DNA from: Cenococcum geophilum
Lineage: Eukaryota
Assembly: GCA_050273025.1 (NCBI GenBank)
Contig: CP158635.1
Span: 13,702,001 to 13,766,000, forward strand
Reading direction: 5' to 3'
Length of the DNA stretch: 64,000 nucleotides
Below are positions 37,901 through 51,700 of this stretch, piece after piece. Position numbers and translations under genes: made by a program. Every line of letters begins with the position of its first letter. The stretch's first letter is position 1. Under the pieces are notes generated by a model. It had not been told where the DNA came from. It did no database searches and saw nothing but the letters and a program-made list of their open reading frames with translations.

Positions 37901-40900
37901 CTATTCTCCTTACTAAGAAGCCAGGAGGAGGTATTTAATTCTGCGTTAACTATAGAAAACTTAACGCTATTACAATTAAGAACTAATACCCCGTACCGCT
38001 TATATATAAGACTCTTAAGCGGCTTAGCTAAGCCAAAATCTATACTAAGCTTAATATTATCGCCGCCTTTAACTACCTCTAAATATAAGAAGGTAATAAA
38101 TAGAAAACCGCATTTATATCGCGCTTTAGCCAACTTAAATATACCGTTATGCCCTTTAGCGTATATAATGGCCCAGGTAACTTCTAAAGCTATATTAATA
38201 ACGCCTTATAGGACTACTTTAACGACTTCTACTCTACGTACCTAGACAATATACTTATTTATAATAATAACCCTTCTAAGTATACTAAGCACGTTTAAAA
38301 GGTCCTACAGCGCCTTAGGGACGCAGGACTTTATATCAATTTAAAGAAGTGCGAATTCTTAGTTATAGAAGTAAAATACCTTAGACTAATTATTACTACT
38401 AAGGGTGTCCGTATAGACCCCAAGAAGGTATATATAATTACTAAATAGTAAACCCCTAACTGCATTAAAGACGTATAAGCTTTCCTTAGTTTTGCTAACT
38501 TCTATTAAAAATTTATATACAACTTCTTGGGTATTATAGCACCACTTATAGTAATAATGTGAATAAAGGGCCTTTTCGCGAAAGGAAGAAAAATATATTT
38601 ACGTTTTATCTGGATACCTAAATACAAGAAGGCGTTCTAAGACCTTAAAGATGCTTTTACTAAAGCACCTATCCTAGCTTACTTTATACTAGGACAATAA
38701 CTCTATCTTAAAACTAACTCCTTAGACCACGTTAACGTAGGCGTCCTTTCCTAGATAGGTGACGACGGTTTTCTCCACCTAGTCGCATTCTATTCGTCTA
38801 AGCTTATATTATAAAAATATAACTATAAGATCTATAATAAAGAACTTTTTACAATTATATAAGCGTTTAAGGAATTCTAACTATAACTCTCCTTAGTAAA
38901 ACCTAACTAGCCAACTAAAGTCCTTACGGATTATTGCAACCTTAAGTACTTTATAACTATAAAATAGCTAAACTAATGCTAAGTACGCTAGAACGAGTTC
39001 CTCTTTAGTTTTAACTTTAAAATTATATATAGGCTAAGAGTATAAGGTACTAAGTCTAATAGCCTAACACGCCGCTTATAAGACCTTCCTTAGTCTAAAG
39101 ATAACCCCTATAACTAGTTCTAATAATAAACAATCCTAAAAGCACGGAATTTAGCCCTAGGTATGCTACCTATAATAAAGCTAACTATACCTTAGCTCCA
39201 CACTATAGAACTAAAATTACCTCCTAAAATTAATAAGCTTATTACTACGGTATATAACACCTCTATTAACCTATTACTGCATTAACTTATTGCCGTAAAG
39301 ACTGCTAGCGCCTATACGCTACCGACTAAACTCTAAAGCTTAGGCTAGATTAATATAGCAGCCTTAGAAGTAAAAGAGAATAGGCTCTATTATAGAGGCC
39401 GTCTATTTATCCCTAACTTAAAAAATCTATAACGGTAACTAATCTAAATGGCCTACAACCTCTAATTAAGCGGCCACTTAGGTAGAGGAGGAACCTATAA
39501 GCTTCTTAGCTAATACTACTTCTGGCCTAAAATAATAGACTTAGTTAAACGCTTTATAGGCGCCTGCTATAGTTATAAGCGCACTAAGGCCTTTAATATA
39601 AAGTATTAAGGACTACTATACCCTCTACTAGTACCTATATAACAATGGGCAGATATCGCTATAGATTTCGTTGTTAACCTACCACCCTATAAGCGATATG
39701 GCCGTACCTATAAGAATATCCTTATAATAATATACCAACTTATAAAAGAGCGCCACTACGTCCCAACTAAAGGCGTAGTCGTTAGCGATATTACTAACGC
39801 CTTCCTTCGCGAAATCTACTAATTATATAGGTTACCTAACTTAATTACGTCTAACTAAGGCATATAGTTTAGCTCTAATATATAGAGACGAATCTGCTAA
39901 CGCCTTAGCATCTCCATTAAGATGTCTATATCCTTCTACTATAAAACTGCTAAGCAACCAGAAAACGCTAATGCTAGCATAAAAGCGTACCTACGACAGG
40001 TAGTCGCCTATAGTTAAGATAACTGGGTGGATTACCTCCTACTAGGTAAATTCGCAGTGAATAACTATATCTTAACTACTACAGGACTTACCCTATTCTT
40101 CGCGAATAAGGGATATTACCCCTAATCTGGTATAGAACCACCAGAACCTATTAATAAAAAACTGCCATATAGAAAACGCCTTAAGATGTTACTTGCTAAC
40201 CAGCATACAGACTATATAAAAAATCTACTCAACTACTACAAGGGAGAAATGGCCTAGGCTTAAGTAAAGTAGGCCTACTTCGCCGACTATTATAAAACGC
40301 CACCACTAGAGATACGTGTTGGCGACTAGGTATAGCTAGATATACGTAATATCTCTACGCAGAGGCCTATCCCTTGCAACGTCAAAATGGGTCCTTAGGT
40401 TATCGATAAGAACCAACCAATTAAATTAGCTAGATTCGGTGCCTGTACTTAGAAATTTATAGGTTTTCCCGTATGGACCACTTACTCTGAGGACCCTGAC
40501 GTTGTAAGGGATAAAGTTACTTAATTATAAGAACCTCGGCCCCTACTTAATTAAACGAGTCATTGATAGGGAGCCGTATACGAGCTAGAGCTCCCGCCTA
40601 CCCTAGCCACCCGCGGGATATAGCCTATATTTCACCTATAGCTACTACACTTTTACTAGCCTAACCCCTTACTAGGGTAGACATAGCCTAAACCCCTACT
40701 AGTACTAATCTGAGATAAGAATAAAGACGAGAACCACGAGGAGTGGACTATTAAACGAATTATTAACTCTAAATACTTTAGCAAAGGTAGAGGACGACGG
40801 CTCTACTACAGAGCTATATACACAGGATTTAATATAAATTAGCCAGAATGGTAACTATAGGAAGACTTTAAAAATGTAAAGGATTTAATTAGCGACTTTT

Positions 40901-41457
40901 ACTACGCGAACCTATAGAAACTGGGCCTAAGTAGAGATTTTATACCTAATCCTTTATAGAAGCCCTTATAAAGTTAAACCGTTATACATTACCACGTAGG
41001 GGCAAATTGCTGTTAAATTGCCGTTAGATTGCAGAAAAGTGCGATTACGTGACTAGAATATTGTTAAGATGTCCAGGATCTTTAACCGGCGGTTAAAGTT
41101 ATCTAATTGGTCGGATTCTTAGATACTAAGCCTTATTATATAATGTTGTTTTAAGCCTTTAGCAATACCCCCCTTTCTTCTTTTCTATACCCTAAGTGTC
41201 CCTTTTATATATATATAGTAACCACAGCGTCGCCAGAGCTCCACCTCTATAGGAGGGGGGGTAGTGTTACGGAACCCTACCATAGGGGCCTCTATAGGAG
41301 AGCCCCGTGCTCTCGCGTATACCTCGCGTATAGCTTATATCAGCTACGCGTAGGTATATCACCTCCTTACGCCCTCGACCCTTACGATCGATCGCGTAAC
41401 GTCTTATAGACTCCTCAAATACATACGTCTTATAGCCACTACCCCCGTCCCGTAACA
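34971..41457 (+). mobile_element. Ty3/Gypsy chromovirus G4, full length, RIP-inactivated
   Basis: 193-bp LTRs 34971-35163 and 41265-41457, TSD GTATC, PPT AGGAGGGGGGG. gag ~35420-36880. RT (FCVDYRKLNA, YLDNILI), RNaseH, integrase, chromodomain ~40740-40930 (EEWTVERIVDS...WQPWEDF). Confidence 0.95.
40371..40510. mobile_element. 140-bp MITE with CCC...GGG termini
   Basis: 14-bp TIR CCCTTGCAACGTCA / TGACGTTGTAAGGG with 2-bp AT TSD. Removing it restores the integrase frame RP-I/M-KLLDYKNLGP. Confidence 0.85.
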
Positions 41458-44400
41458 GTATCTTCTTATTACTGCGTTATAACAGCCCTTAGTATATTAT
41501 TCTTTAAACCTAGTTAAAATCCCTAGATCCTCTTTATGTTCCAATTTAGTAAGCTACTTAGCTCTTAGTATACCTGCTCTAAGCCTATTAGTAATTCTTT
41601 ATACTAGTGCTCTATTCCTTATACGTCCTAATATACTAAATCTCTTATCTAGTTTCTGTTCTTACTATACGATAATTCTTTATCTAAACTCGTCCATAGT
41701 TTCTTTTAGCTTATATCTTGCGCTAAAATCCTTAAAGTCTTCTTGCTTCTTAATCTTAATATTAACTTTTTAATATTTAGGCCGAATACCGCGTTCTTCT
41801 AGTAAGTCCTCTAGGTCTATATATCTGTCTTTTAGTCTAATTGCTATTTATACTATAAATTCTCTAATCTACAAGGAAACTCCTTACTTCTTACTTATAG
41901 GTGTCCTAATTTATACTCCAAACTCTTAATCCCTTAGATTCTTTAATCCTAAGCTTATTTCTAACTTAAGCTTAGCCCCTACCTTAGTTTAACTAGGCTT
42001 ACTTAGTGTTCTTATCTCGTCTTAAGAGTCTTATGCCTGTAGGAAACTTCGTCCTAAGCTCATTTATATATCTTTAAACTAAGCTACCACTCTACTCTAT
42101 TGGTTATCGTCCGTTATAGGTCCTTAAGCTTACCTCATCTTATCTTAAGAATCTTAGTCGTCTCTTATCTCGTCTTAAGAATCTTAAGCCTTTGGCCTTT
42201 TGCCTTTATCAAGTACCGAAGTAATTCGTTATCCTACTTCTCTTACGTCTCGTAAAGCGATAGACATTGTGTCTAGTAAGGTCTTAATCCTAACTAATAT
42301 TCCCTATTCTATAGTAGAATTATCCTCTACCTTTAGTATAACATCTCGGAGGTCCGCGTGCTCCCAGTAAGCCGCCTTTATTACCTCGTCATCCTAAAAT
42401 ATTTCGCCTTCATCAAATTTATCGTCCTTAATATCCGGTCTGCGAACTAGTTTATTAGTTCCTCTATACTCTATAGGTTTTAGCTCCTATAGCTAATAGC
42501 TTACGCCATACTTAGCGTCTTTATAAATTTGGCATGCGCTATTATAACAAAACGCAAAACTTCTAATTAAACACTCTTTCGTTCCTCGTAGTATACTATT
42601 ATCCCTTTATACGTATATATTTCCTACTAGTCTAGTTCCCTTTATTATATAGTAACTCTAACTATCTTTATAATCCCTCGCGAAGTGACCCTATTTCCTA
42701 TAATTTATATAAGCTCCGTCTCTAAACCATTAACTTTATTATAGAGTCCGCCTAAATATCTTCTGCTACTAAGATCCCTAGTTTAGCCTTTACTCCTTAG
42801 TCCTATAATCACTAGATCCTTAACCTCTAGGTTTTTATAGTTTTTTACTCTATCTTTTATAGGCTTCTTTAGTACCACTTAGGTCCATTAGCTCTACGCT
42901 ATACCATATTTTTTAACTTAGCTTTAGTTGTTGCGTACTCTACGCCTTATATAACTATAGAACTCTATTTTAACCTCTCTTAGTTTGTTCCCTTTAGTAA
43001 ATCTAATTGTTGATCTTAATCGCTTAATCTATTAGTTCCCTTAGGGTATCCGCATCTTCTATTGGGATAATTACGTCCTAGACTTTAGCCTTAAGTCCTT
43101 ACTTATACTATACCATAAGCGCCCTATTATTCCATTTAACTTATATAGCTAGCGTCTAAAACTGCGTTATGTACTTAATTGCTAAAGTTCATTGCATAAT
43201 ATTTTAGAGTTTTCTTTCCGCCATAATTGTTAATTCCAGGTCTCTAAACATTTGCGTAAGTCGCTCTATAAACCCTTTCTAGCCTAAGAATATAAATCGC
43301 ATATCTTAGTTAATAGTTGTTATTCCATTCGTTTATGTTTCCGTAAGGTAAAATTTAAACCACTCTAGTGCTCTTCCTAACAGGAATAGTCCTGCGTAGG
43401 CTATTCGATCCATAGGTGTTAGTAGCTTTACCCCTTCTTATAAAACTTTAAAGTATATTTACATAAGAAATCCTTTAAGCTTTAACCTCTCTCCTAAAAA
43501 TCTCTTAATAGATAGTAACTTAACCTTTACTACTCCAATCCCATTAACCCTTTCTTCTAACGCTGCATTATTAGCTATTAACTGGTCAATTACCTCTTAT
43601 AACTGTCCGACCATTACAGGTTACTATAAGTCAGTGTCTACTATACTAGTGTCGTTTCCTAATCTCAAAGTAGTTGCCGCCGTCAATAGCGTTGTAATAG
43701 CTGCTTTTAGTGGCATATTATTCGACTTTTTATATTAATACTATAACCAGGTAGTAATTGTGTAACGGAACCTTATAGCAGGAACTACGGTAGACTCGTT
43801 ATTAGGCTAAGTATATAGGTAATGCAAGTATAGAAGTTAACAACGTAATAACAACTAGTAGAGTGGTTGCCCAATAGATTAACTCTAATTATATTCTAAG
43901 AATCACTATAAGGAAGGAACTATCTAGGTAGGGACTAAGGGTCCTTAAATACACAACCGTACTCCTATAAAATCCTTCTTGTACGTAATATACGTATACT
44001 CTATTTACTTTATTATAGATTACGCAGATCCCACAGATTATACAGATCATATTATATAACCTTAGTTACCATTCCTTATTATATAGCTCTACCGGCTCCA
44101 TTCTGGACCGTGCCTAAATTAACTAACTAGCTTCTTCTAACTCTTCTCTAAGTAGTTATAACATTGTACTTAAAGCGTCCGTAACACTAAAAGCAGCTAT
44201 ATACGTATACTTTATAATTAGTAAGGCTATTAGCTTATCCTTATAGTTATAGCAGGTAGCTAACCTAGATATTATAGTTATAATAATCTAGATATATAGG
44301 GGACCGGTATAAATTATTAATATATATAACCTTAGGGTTAAAGGGGTCCTATAAATAGAGAATATTATATTAGTAATAAGCTTACTAGAAACTAAAGGTA

Positions 44401-46708
44401 TAGAGTTTATCCTATTAGGAGATATAAACCTCTACTACCCGCGGTAGGGGGGTATCTATATTACTACTAATTAATAGGTAAAGTGCCTACTAAGAGCTAT
44501 AGACACCTAGGGCCTTAAGTTAGCTACCTTCTTAGGAGCAACTATATGGTAATAAGGAACCTTTAGAAGTATAATTAACCTTATATTTATAGATAAAGGC
44601 CTATACTAGAGACTTAAAAGGTATAACCCTAAAGAAGAATAAGCACTTATTTTAGACTATATCCCTATCTAAATATAGCTAGATTTAGATATTAAGGCGT
44701 AACTAAGTAGTAAAAGATATATAGAGTCTAATTCTTACTAAAGAAATACTAGCTAATCTACTTTATAAGAAAACGCAACTAATTTATAGATCTTAAGTAT
44801 ATAATTTACATTTAAGGCTTTAGGGGTTAACCAGTTTAGGGCCTAAGGGTATTAAGAGTATGGGTAGATAGTAAGCTCTAGTAGAGCGTATATGCGGTAT
44901 AAGCGGCCTATAAGGGCTAAGTATAGTATATTATATTATCTAGGATTATTAATTCTATATAGGGTCTATGCTTCCAAAGGTTACGCCTACTATATACAGC
45001 AGTTGTCCGGCTAACTATAATATATAGGTTTAGTATTTAGGCCATTAGAGAATCTAAGAAAGGCCCCCCTAAATTGCTCCTTAAACCACTCTAAAAGGTC
45101 CAAATAGCCTATCTTTAGAGTATAATAGGCGGATATAAGCGAACGGCCATAGTACTGCTTAAAAAGGAAGCCAATATTCCCCCCCTATAACTATATATTA
45201 AAGCCACTACAATATAAAAGGTATAAAATAAACGTAACTCTAATATTATAAAGTATATTAAGATACGCCTAAATAAACTATAGAGGGATTTTAGGGCGCC
45301 CTATAGAAGAATAAACCAATAACCCTAAAGTAGGGAAGACATATTAGAGAAATAAGTAAAGAAAGTAGAAGAAAAATAGTACTGCTTTAAGGCCTAGGCC
45401 TATATAAAGGAGAAAGGAAGACGCGTAAGAGGCTAGTAAAGATAATAGTAAGAAAGAGAAAGAAGCTAAAGTAGAGTATAAAAGAATGCTAGGAAACTAT
45501 CTACTATAATATAATACTGGCTAGACTAACGCTAGAGAGGTATATAGGAGTTAAAAGTATAGAGGCTAACTAAAGCAAGAGGAACCTAAGCTGTAGTATA
45601 GTTAACGCTATAGGGGGTAAATACTCTAGGGCTCTAAGAAGGCCTAATAAAGGTAGAAAATATAATAGTAATACTTTTAAGAATAGGAATAATAGGACTA
45701 AAAGACTAGCTCTACTAGGTAGGTGTCCTAGTAGGTAGCCTAAGATATAAATATAGTTGGCTAAAACAGATACTAAAACACGTAATACTATTATGCCCCT
45801 TATATACTAACCGAGAAGTAATACTCTTAGTAGCTGGCATAGAGAACTATAATACACTACTCTTAATATAAAAAGGCCTTAAGGCGGTTACCTAGTAGCT
45901 TATTAGCTAAAATATACTAAACTAGTTCTAGGTTGCAAAGAAAATAGTAATAAAGGGTGGGAGGGGCGAGCAACGGGCGCCCCCTAATAACTCTACAGTA
46001 GTAGAGTAAAGTTTATAATACTAGCGCGTCCGTAAGCTTATTACGGCAGCAGTAGTTCCTAAAAAGGTTAAAAAGTAAGGTAGTAAAGTACTATAGGTGA
46101 CTTATAGGCGCCTTATAGGCGAGTCCTAAAAGGCGGGGAGATAGATTATAGGGTTTTCTTAAATAGAGTTTTCTCCCTATATATATATAAGGAGTAGTCC
46201 GCGTAGGCCCAATAGGGATCCAAATTGGACGTTAAGCAATAAATAATAATAATATTAGTAAGTATATATAAAAGTATAATTTTAATAATTTTAAATACTT
46301 TATATTTTCTATATACTTTATTAATAAATATTAAAATTACTACCCCTAAAGCTTTGTATAAAGCTCTACGGACAAAGGCTTTATATAAGGCTTTACGCGA
46401 AACTCTATATACGGAGGCTCTGCGTTAGGTCTCAGCTATATTCTTAATAGCTTTTATACATACCTCTGCTAAGTATACCCCTATATAGCTACCTTATTTT
46501 TTACCTTTCCTTTCTTTTTTATATTTTTTTTTACCTAGGGAGGCACCAGAACGGCAGCTAGTAGAGGACCGTCGCTAGAACTAGACGACTATTGCTAAAT
46601 CTAGACGACCGTCGCGATTGCTAGATAACTACTGCTAGAGCTAGACAATAACTATTTAGATAGCTAGCTAGCAAATACTATAAATAATTCAATCAATTAA
46701 TTAAATTA

Positions 46709-46813
46709 AGGTAGTATAGATAGGTAGGTATAGGTAGGTAGGTAGGTAGATAGGTAGGTAGGCAGGTAGGTAGATAAGTAGGTAGGTAGATAGGTTAGTA
46801 AGTAGGTAGGTAG
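46709..46813. repeat. (AGGT)n microsatellite inside the TIR element
   Basis: Imperfect TAGG/AGGT tandem array. Confidence 0.9.
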
Positions 46814-48799
46814 AAAAGAACCGTCGCTATATTATATTAAATTATCTAAAATAATATAATTTATTTTGTACTAACCGCGTAAACTAAGCAAATACTATTA
46901 AATGCATAGGAAGAGCAACGTTTATTTATTGCTTAAAATAAATAAGATATATAAAATGCGCGAGAAGGGCATTATATATTAATTATGCATTAAGTACTAT
47001 TTGTCTAGATGGCTATAAATGCGCAATTAGCTGTACTATATTGTTAAATACGGCAGTATACCGCACCTAAGTCGATACTATGCGCTACACATTACAATGC
47101 GCGAAATGCGCATTTGGCCGCAATATGCTTCTAAATACTGCAAAAATGCTGGTAAATTTTTTCCTAACGAAGATGGAATAGGAAACTATAGAAATCTAAA
47201 GGTTAAGAATTAAGTAATTATAGAACTAAGGAGTAAAGGCCAAACTAGGGATCTTAGTAGTAGAAGATGTTTATGCGGACTCTATAATATAAAAAATGGC
47301 TTAAAAAAGAAGCTTATATAAACTATAGAAAATAGAGTTGTTTTACTAGAGACTATAGAGGTGATTAAGGAAACTACGTAGTAAAGGGAATAAGACTAGT
47401 AGACGATATATACGTATAGAGGGACGATAATATACTGCGAGGAACTAAAGAGTGTTTAATTAATAGTTTCGCGTTTTGCTATAATAATGTATGCTAAGTA
47501 TAGCGTAAGCTATTAGCTATAAGAGCCTAAGATAAGAGGACTCTGGGGTATAAGAGAGTTAGATAAAAAAAAAATAAGATTAACTCTATAAATTAGATTA
47601 GGACGAAGACAGTATATATAGCCAGTAGTTAGCGGAGAAAGTTCTTACGTACTAGTTTTATTGAGCAATAGAATCCAAGGATTAAGATAATTAAACTATT
47701 AGTAATAATTATAAGAGGAAATAAGCAACTAAGACTCTAATATTAGGATAAGGACCATTAACGAAATTATAAGTAAGACTTAGTAGTAGAATCGAAAAGT
47801 TAATACCTTAGTTAAAAAGTATAAAGGCTTTAACCTATTAGCAAGAAAGAAGCTAGACGAAAGTAACGAAGAGTTTAGGAAAAGAATCTTTATATAGTAA
47901 AAAGAGATACTAAAAGCAACAGACTATTTAGGGGAAAAATTACCTATATAAATGGTTACTAATAGGCCTAAGGCAGGCACGCTAAGAGCTAAATAGCTAA
48001 TTAAACTAAAAGAAGAAGAGGATATAGGAATCTTAACTAGATTTAAGGAATAATATATAAAGGGCTGTTATAATACAGTAATAAGAAGATACTTCCTTAT
48101 GGATAGACCGTATATACTTAAGGAACTGTATTAAAAGTGGTATAGGTAGCGATATAATAATACGTAGGAAGACTTTTATATATAGTTAAACGAACGAGTT
48201 ATTTAAGATTAACTAATTACGGAAAAAGGCATAAATTATATTAAAAGAGTCTTAATTATAATATTAAAAGATTTAGAAGAACGATTAAAGGATTAGAGAA
48301 GGAAATAACGCATCTTAGTACCTGCAAATAAGGTAGTAACATTTAGATTAGTGCGATAAAGGTTTAAACTTAAGGATAAGGATAAGCTAAGAGTTAACCT
48401 AAAGCACCTAGCGCATTATATATTAGTATAGATTATATATATAGATAATATATAGATAATATATATAAGAGTCTAAAAGAAAAGAATTTAAAGTACCCTA
48501 TAAGAATATATTAGGCGCCAGATAAGCAAAAATATAGGAATGCTAAGTATATATATATATGGCATCTAATAGAGGTCTAAAAGTTAAGAGACTTAATATT
48601 TTAATTAAAAAGATTCCTTACGAAAGAATGCTTAAATAGATAATAGTAGTAGGAATGCCTAAAGAATATGTGTCTATAGTATATTAAAAACAAAAAGTAA
48701 ATAAGGTATTAGCTAAAGAACGAGCCAAGTATAATAAAATTAAGTAGTTAATAGTTAGGAAAAGTAGAGGCCTATAGGACTAGAGGGAGCTAGTAGTAG

Positions 48800-51700
48800 T
48801 ATTGGTGTCACAGGGTAACTCACCAATACTACTCGAGTAGACACAGTAAATGTTAGTTGTAAAGCTTATTAATAGGAATAAGGAAAGGGGTGAGGAACTT
48901 AAGGTTCCTTACCACGCTAGGGCCACGTCAACACGTAACGGCAATATGCTTTATGCGACGGCAACTTACCTTATTCCCGACACTGGCAACTCTTCTTTTT
49001 ATGGTTGCTATATATATATATACAAACAGACAGTATACAACAATACCAGACAATATGTAACAAAACCAGACAATATATAACAAAACCAGACGATATATAA
49101 CAATACGGCAGTTGGCAGAATTTAGTAGATAACGCAAAGACGGGTGGGCCGCTAAGACGCTAGTAGTAAGCAAGCCAATAGCAATTTTCCATACCGGGCA
49201 TGGAAAATCCTAATTAGTTAGCAGAAGTCCACACCACCACCTAAATTAATTAGGCGCGGCGCTCTTGGCAAGGATCTAACCAATTAGACAACTTTAACCG
49301 GTAGTCGAAGTTCTATAAGATCTTAACTTCTCTAAATTTCCCTCTTAACCCAACCTTTAACTTATACATGTAGAGTATTTATATTAACAAACGTCTCTAG
49401 TGCCTTATTTAGGTTTGCCTTCGTTATCACATCTACTAGGTTATCTTAGCCATTAATCTATCGGATCTTAAAGAGTTTTTAACACTTATAGGACTGCCGA
49501 AGTGCTATAATATCGATTATAAGACGCTTCTCCTTTATAGTACTAAGCTTAACTAAACACTCGTAGAGGGAATATAAGTCGGTGCATACGATTATAGGGA
49601 TAGCGGGAAGTTCGAGCCGATCTATAATTATCTTAAGGGTAGTTCCAATTGCAATTGCTATATTAACTCCGCCGACCATTCCATATATCTCTAACGCTAG
49701 AACGCTTTAAGTAACGCGCTTACTCTTAGTTAAGCTTTAATAGATAAGGTTACCGTAGATCGTAAAGTTATTCTCTCTAGTAGATTTGTTCGCAATAATA
49801 ATCTTATATCCTAGCTAAGAGCTAAAATCTTTATTGTTTATAAACGATCCATTAACAAATACGAAGAGCTTGGCGGTAGGAAGGTTAATAGGCACATAGA
49901 GTAGTCCCCTGTTAAGATGGTTCATTTACTAGGAAAGACGCTTATTTAGGGCAAAAACGTTATCCTTAGTTGGTTCCTAGTGTTAAGCGGCAACAGAGAG
50001 ATTAAAGGAAGCCTTAGGTTAATAGATAGAAGCCATATAAGCTTCGCGAGCGCGTTACTCCACGTATCCTTACTTCGGAGAATTAACGTTAATAACGTTG
50101 ATCTTCTTGCCTTAACCCTTCTGGCGTAGAGCAATAGAGCCCTTGTTTAGGGAAAGGATACATCCGTTAAAAAGTAATAGTGTTACTAAGTTAAGTCTTT
50201 TCTTTGGCTTTGCTATAAGGTTTGCCTTTACTAGCTTATCTTCTTTAAGAGCTAAGAATTAGTCGTCTCCTAAGATAATTATATTATCCGTTTATATGCC
50301 GACGATTCTAAATAGAGTTCCTATAGTTATAATAAGGAAGCAGGGATTAAATATAGAAGTAGTTATTAAAAGCTTCTCCTTGTAGTGCTTGCTATAGGTA
50401 GCCCACCAATAAGTTCCTACCTCTGCGATTCCATATAATGGCTTAAGTACAACCATAATCGTATCCTCGGGATATTAGTGGCGAATTTGCTCTAGAAGGT
50501 ATGCTAGTATTAAGCGCTAAAGGCGCGTCTCTAATTGGGTATAGGCCTAAGTAATATCTTATAGGTAAACCGCCATCCCATTCTTCATTAAGGAGGGAGC
50601 TAGCGTAACAATGACTTATTAACTAGCTCGTTAAATCGTAGGGGATTACGTAAGGATTACTTCCTTACCATTATTATTATAACCTTAAATAACTAGCCTT
50701 AACTTCTTAAATGGGGTATTAGTAGCTTTGCCTTTAATCTCATTAACTATTCTTAACTTAAATATGCGGACTCCATCGAACTTAGTAGGGTCGTATTTCT
50801 CGAATTTAAAGACTCCTCTTATAATGAGACCGTTAATCTCCTGCTTGTCAGATGCTTGGAAAGGAGCTCCTAGAGTTATAATGCGGCCTTCCTTTTAGAG
50901 CTATTTTATAAGTTTAAAGTTAGCCTTCTCTTTAGCTGTTATAAAGGCTATCGATAGTTTATCTCCATTCTTAATAGCGGTAATAAATTGCTCTTCAAAA
51001 TTAATAAGATGTTAGCAATTTCGTAATCCCTTTAGGTAACCTCTACCGCGTCGTAGTTGCGGTACGTCTACTATAATTATATTAGAATCGCCTTCGCCTT
51101 CTAGAGTACATTAATTGTGGTTCTTCTCTAGGGTATCCTCTGGGGTATCCTGTAAAGGCTCAGAGCTATTATCCCTATAATAGGGCTTAACAACGGTTAA
51201 GCGGAATTAAGTAGGTCTATAGGGTATCTAAAGAGTGTAAGTTTAACTATTAATTGCAATAAGTTTATATGGGCCTAACCATCCTCCCTTTTCACGCCAT
51301 ACGCGTACCTCCGATTAGAGTGGCAGATTAAGCGTAGTTAAGGTATTTAGGCCATTTCTCATTCCTAGTACGTCGTTGACCTAACGCGTAGCGTAGAAAC
51401 ATCGCACCTCCTTCGTTGCCTTGTAAATAGCCTCAGCTCATTATATAATAGAGGGAAATAGTGGAGAATCGTTAGTTATTTAAGGGTAGGCGCCAAAGAC
51501 TAGCAACATAGGTACGAGCCCATCTAGGCCAGCGGTATCGTTAATAGCCTTAATAGCCATTTATAGGATAAGCTCTTCGCTAGCACCCTCTAGTTCTAAA
51601 AAAATAATCTTATATACGCGGCGTAATGGCGTATAATATCGTTCTACTTTTCCAATATTATTATGTGCCTTAACGGGGACTTCCTTAACCTTAATTGTTA

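Larger units (their letters stand above)
29754..44186 (-). mobile_element. Ty3/Gypsy chromovirus G2, full length, host of G4
   Basis: 426-bp LTRs 29754-30179 and 43761-44186, TSD CTAAA. gag from 43716, protease ~34180, RT ~33600-33000, RNaseH, integrase ~32200-31200, chromodomain ~31080-30950. Confidence 0.93.
27751..46250 (+). mobile_element. Tad1-like LINE copy B, internally deleted, host of Gypsy G2
   Basis: Colinear with copy A over 27759-29753 and 44187-46250. ~21-bp TSD AATATTAGTAAGTAYATATAA. Most of the RT is missing at the junction near 44720. Confidence 0.9.
27359..47169. mobile_element. non-autonomous TIR element (~1.3 kb without inserts), possibly CMC/CACTA-like
   Basis: TIR CGTTAGGAAA.WTTTACYAGCATTTT at both ends. 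Many GCATTT/AAATGC subterminal repeats. Possible 2-bp AA TSD. Interrupts G3 gag. No transposase seen. Confidence 0.75.

Noticed and set aside
46709..46813. TAGG array as a possible telomeric repeat
   Set aside because: The unit is AGGT rather than TTAGGG, and it lies inside a TIR element.
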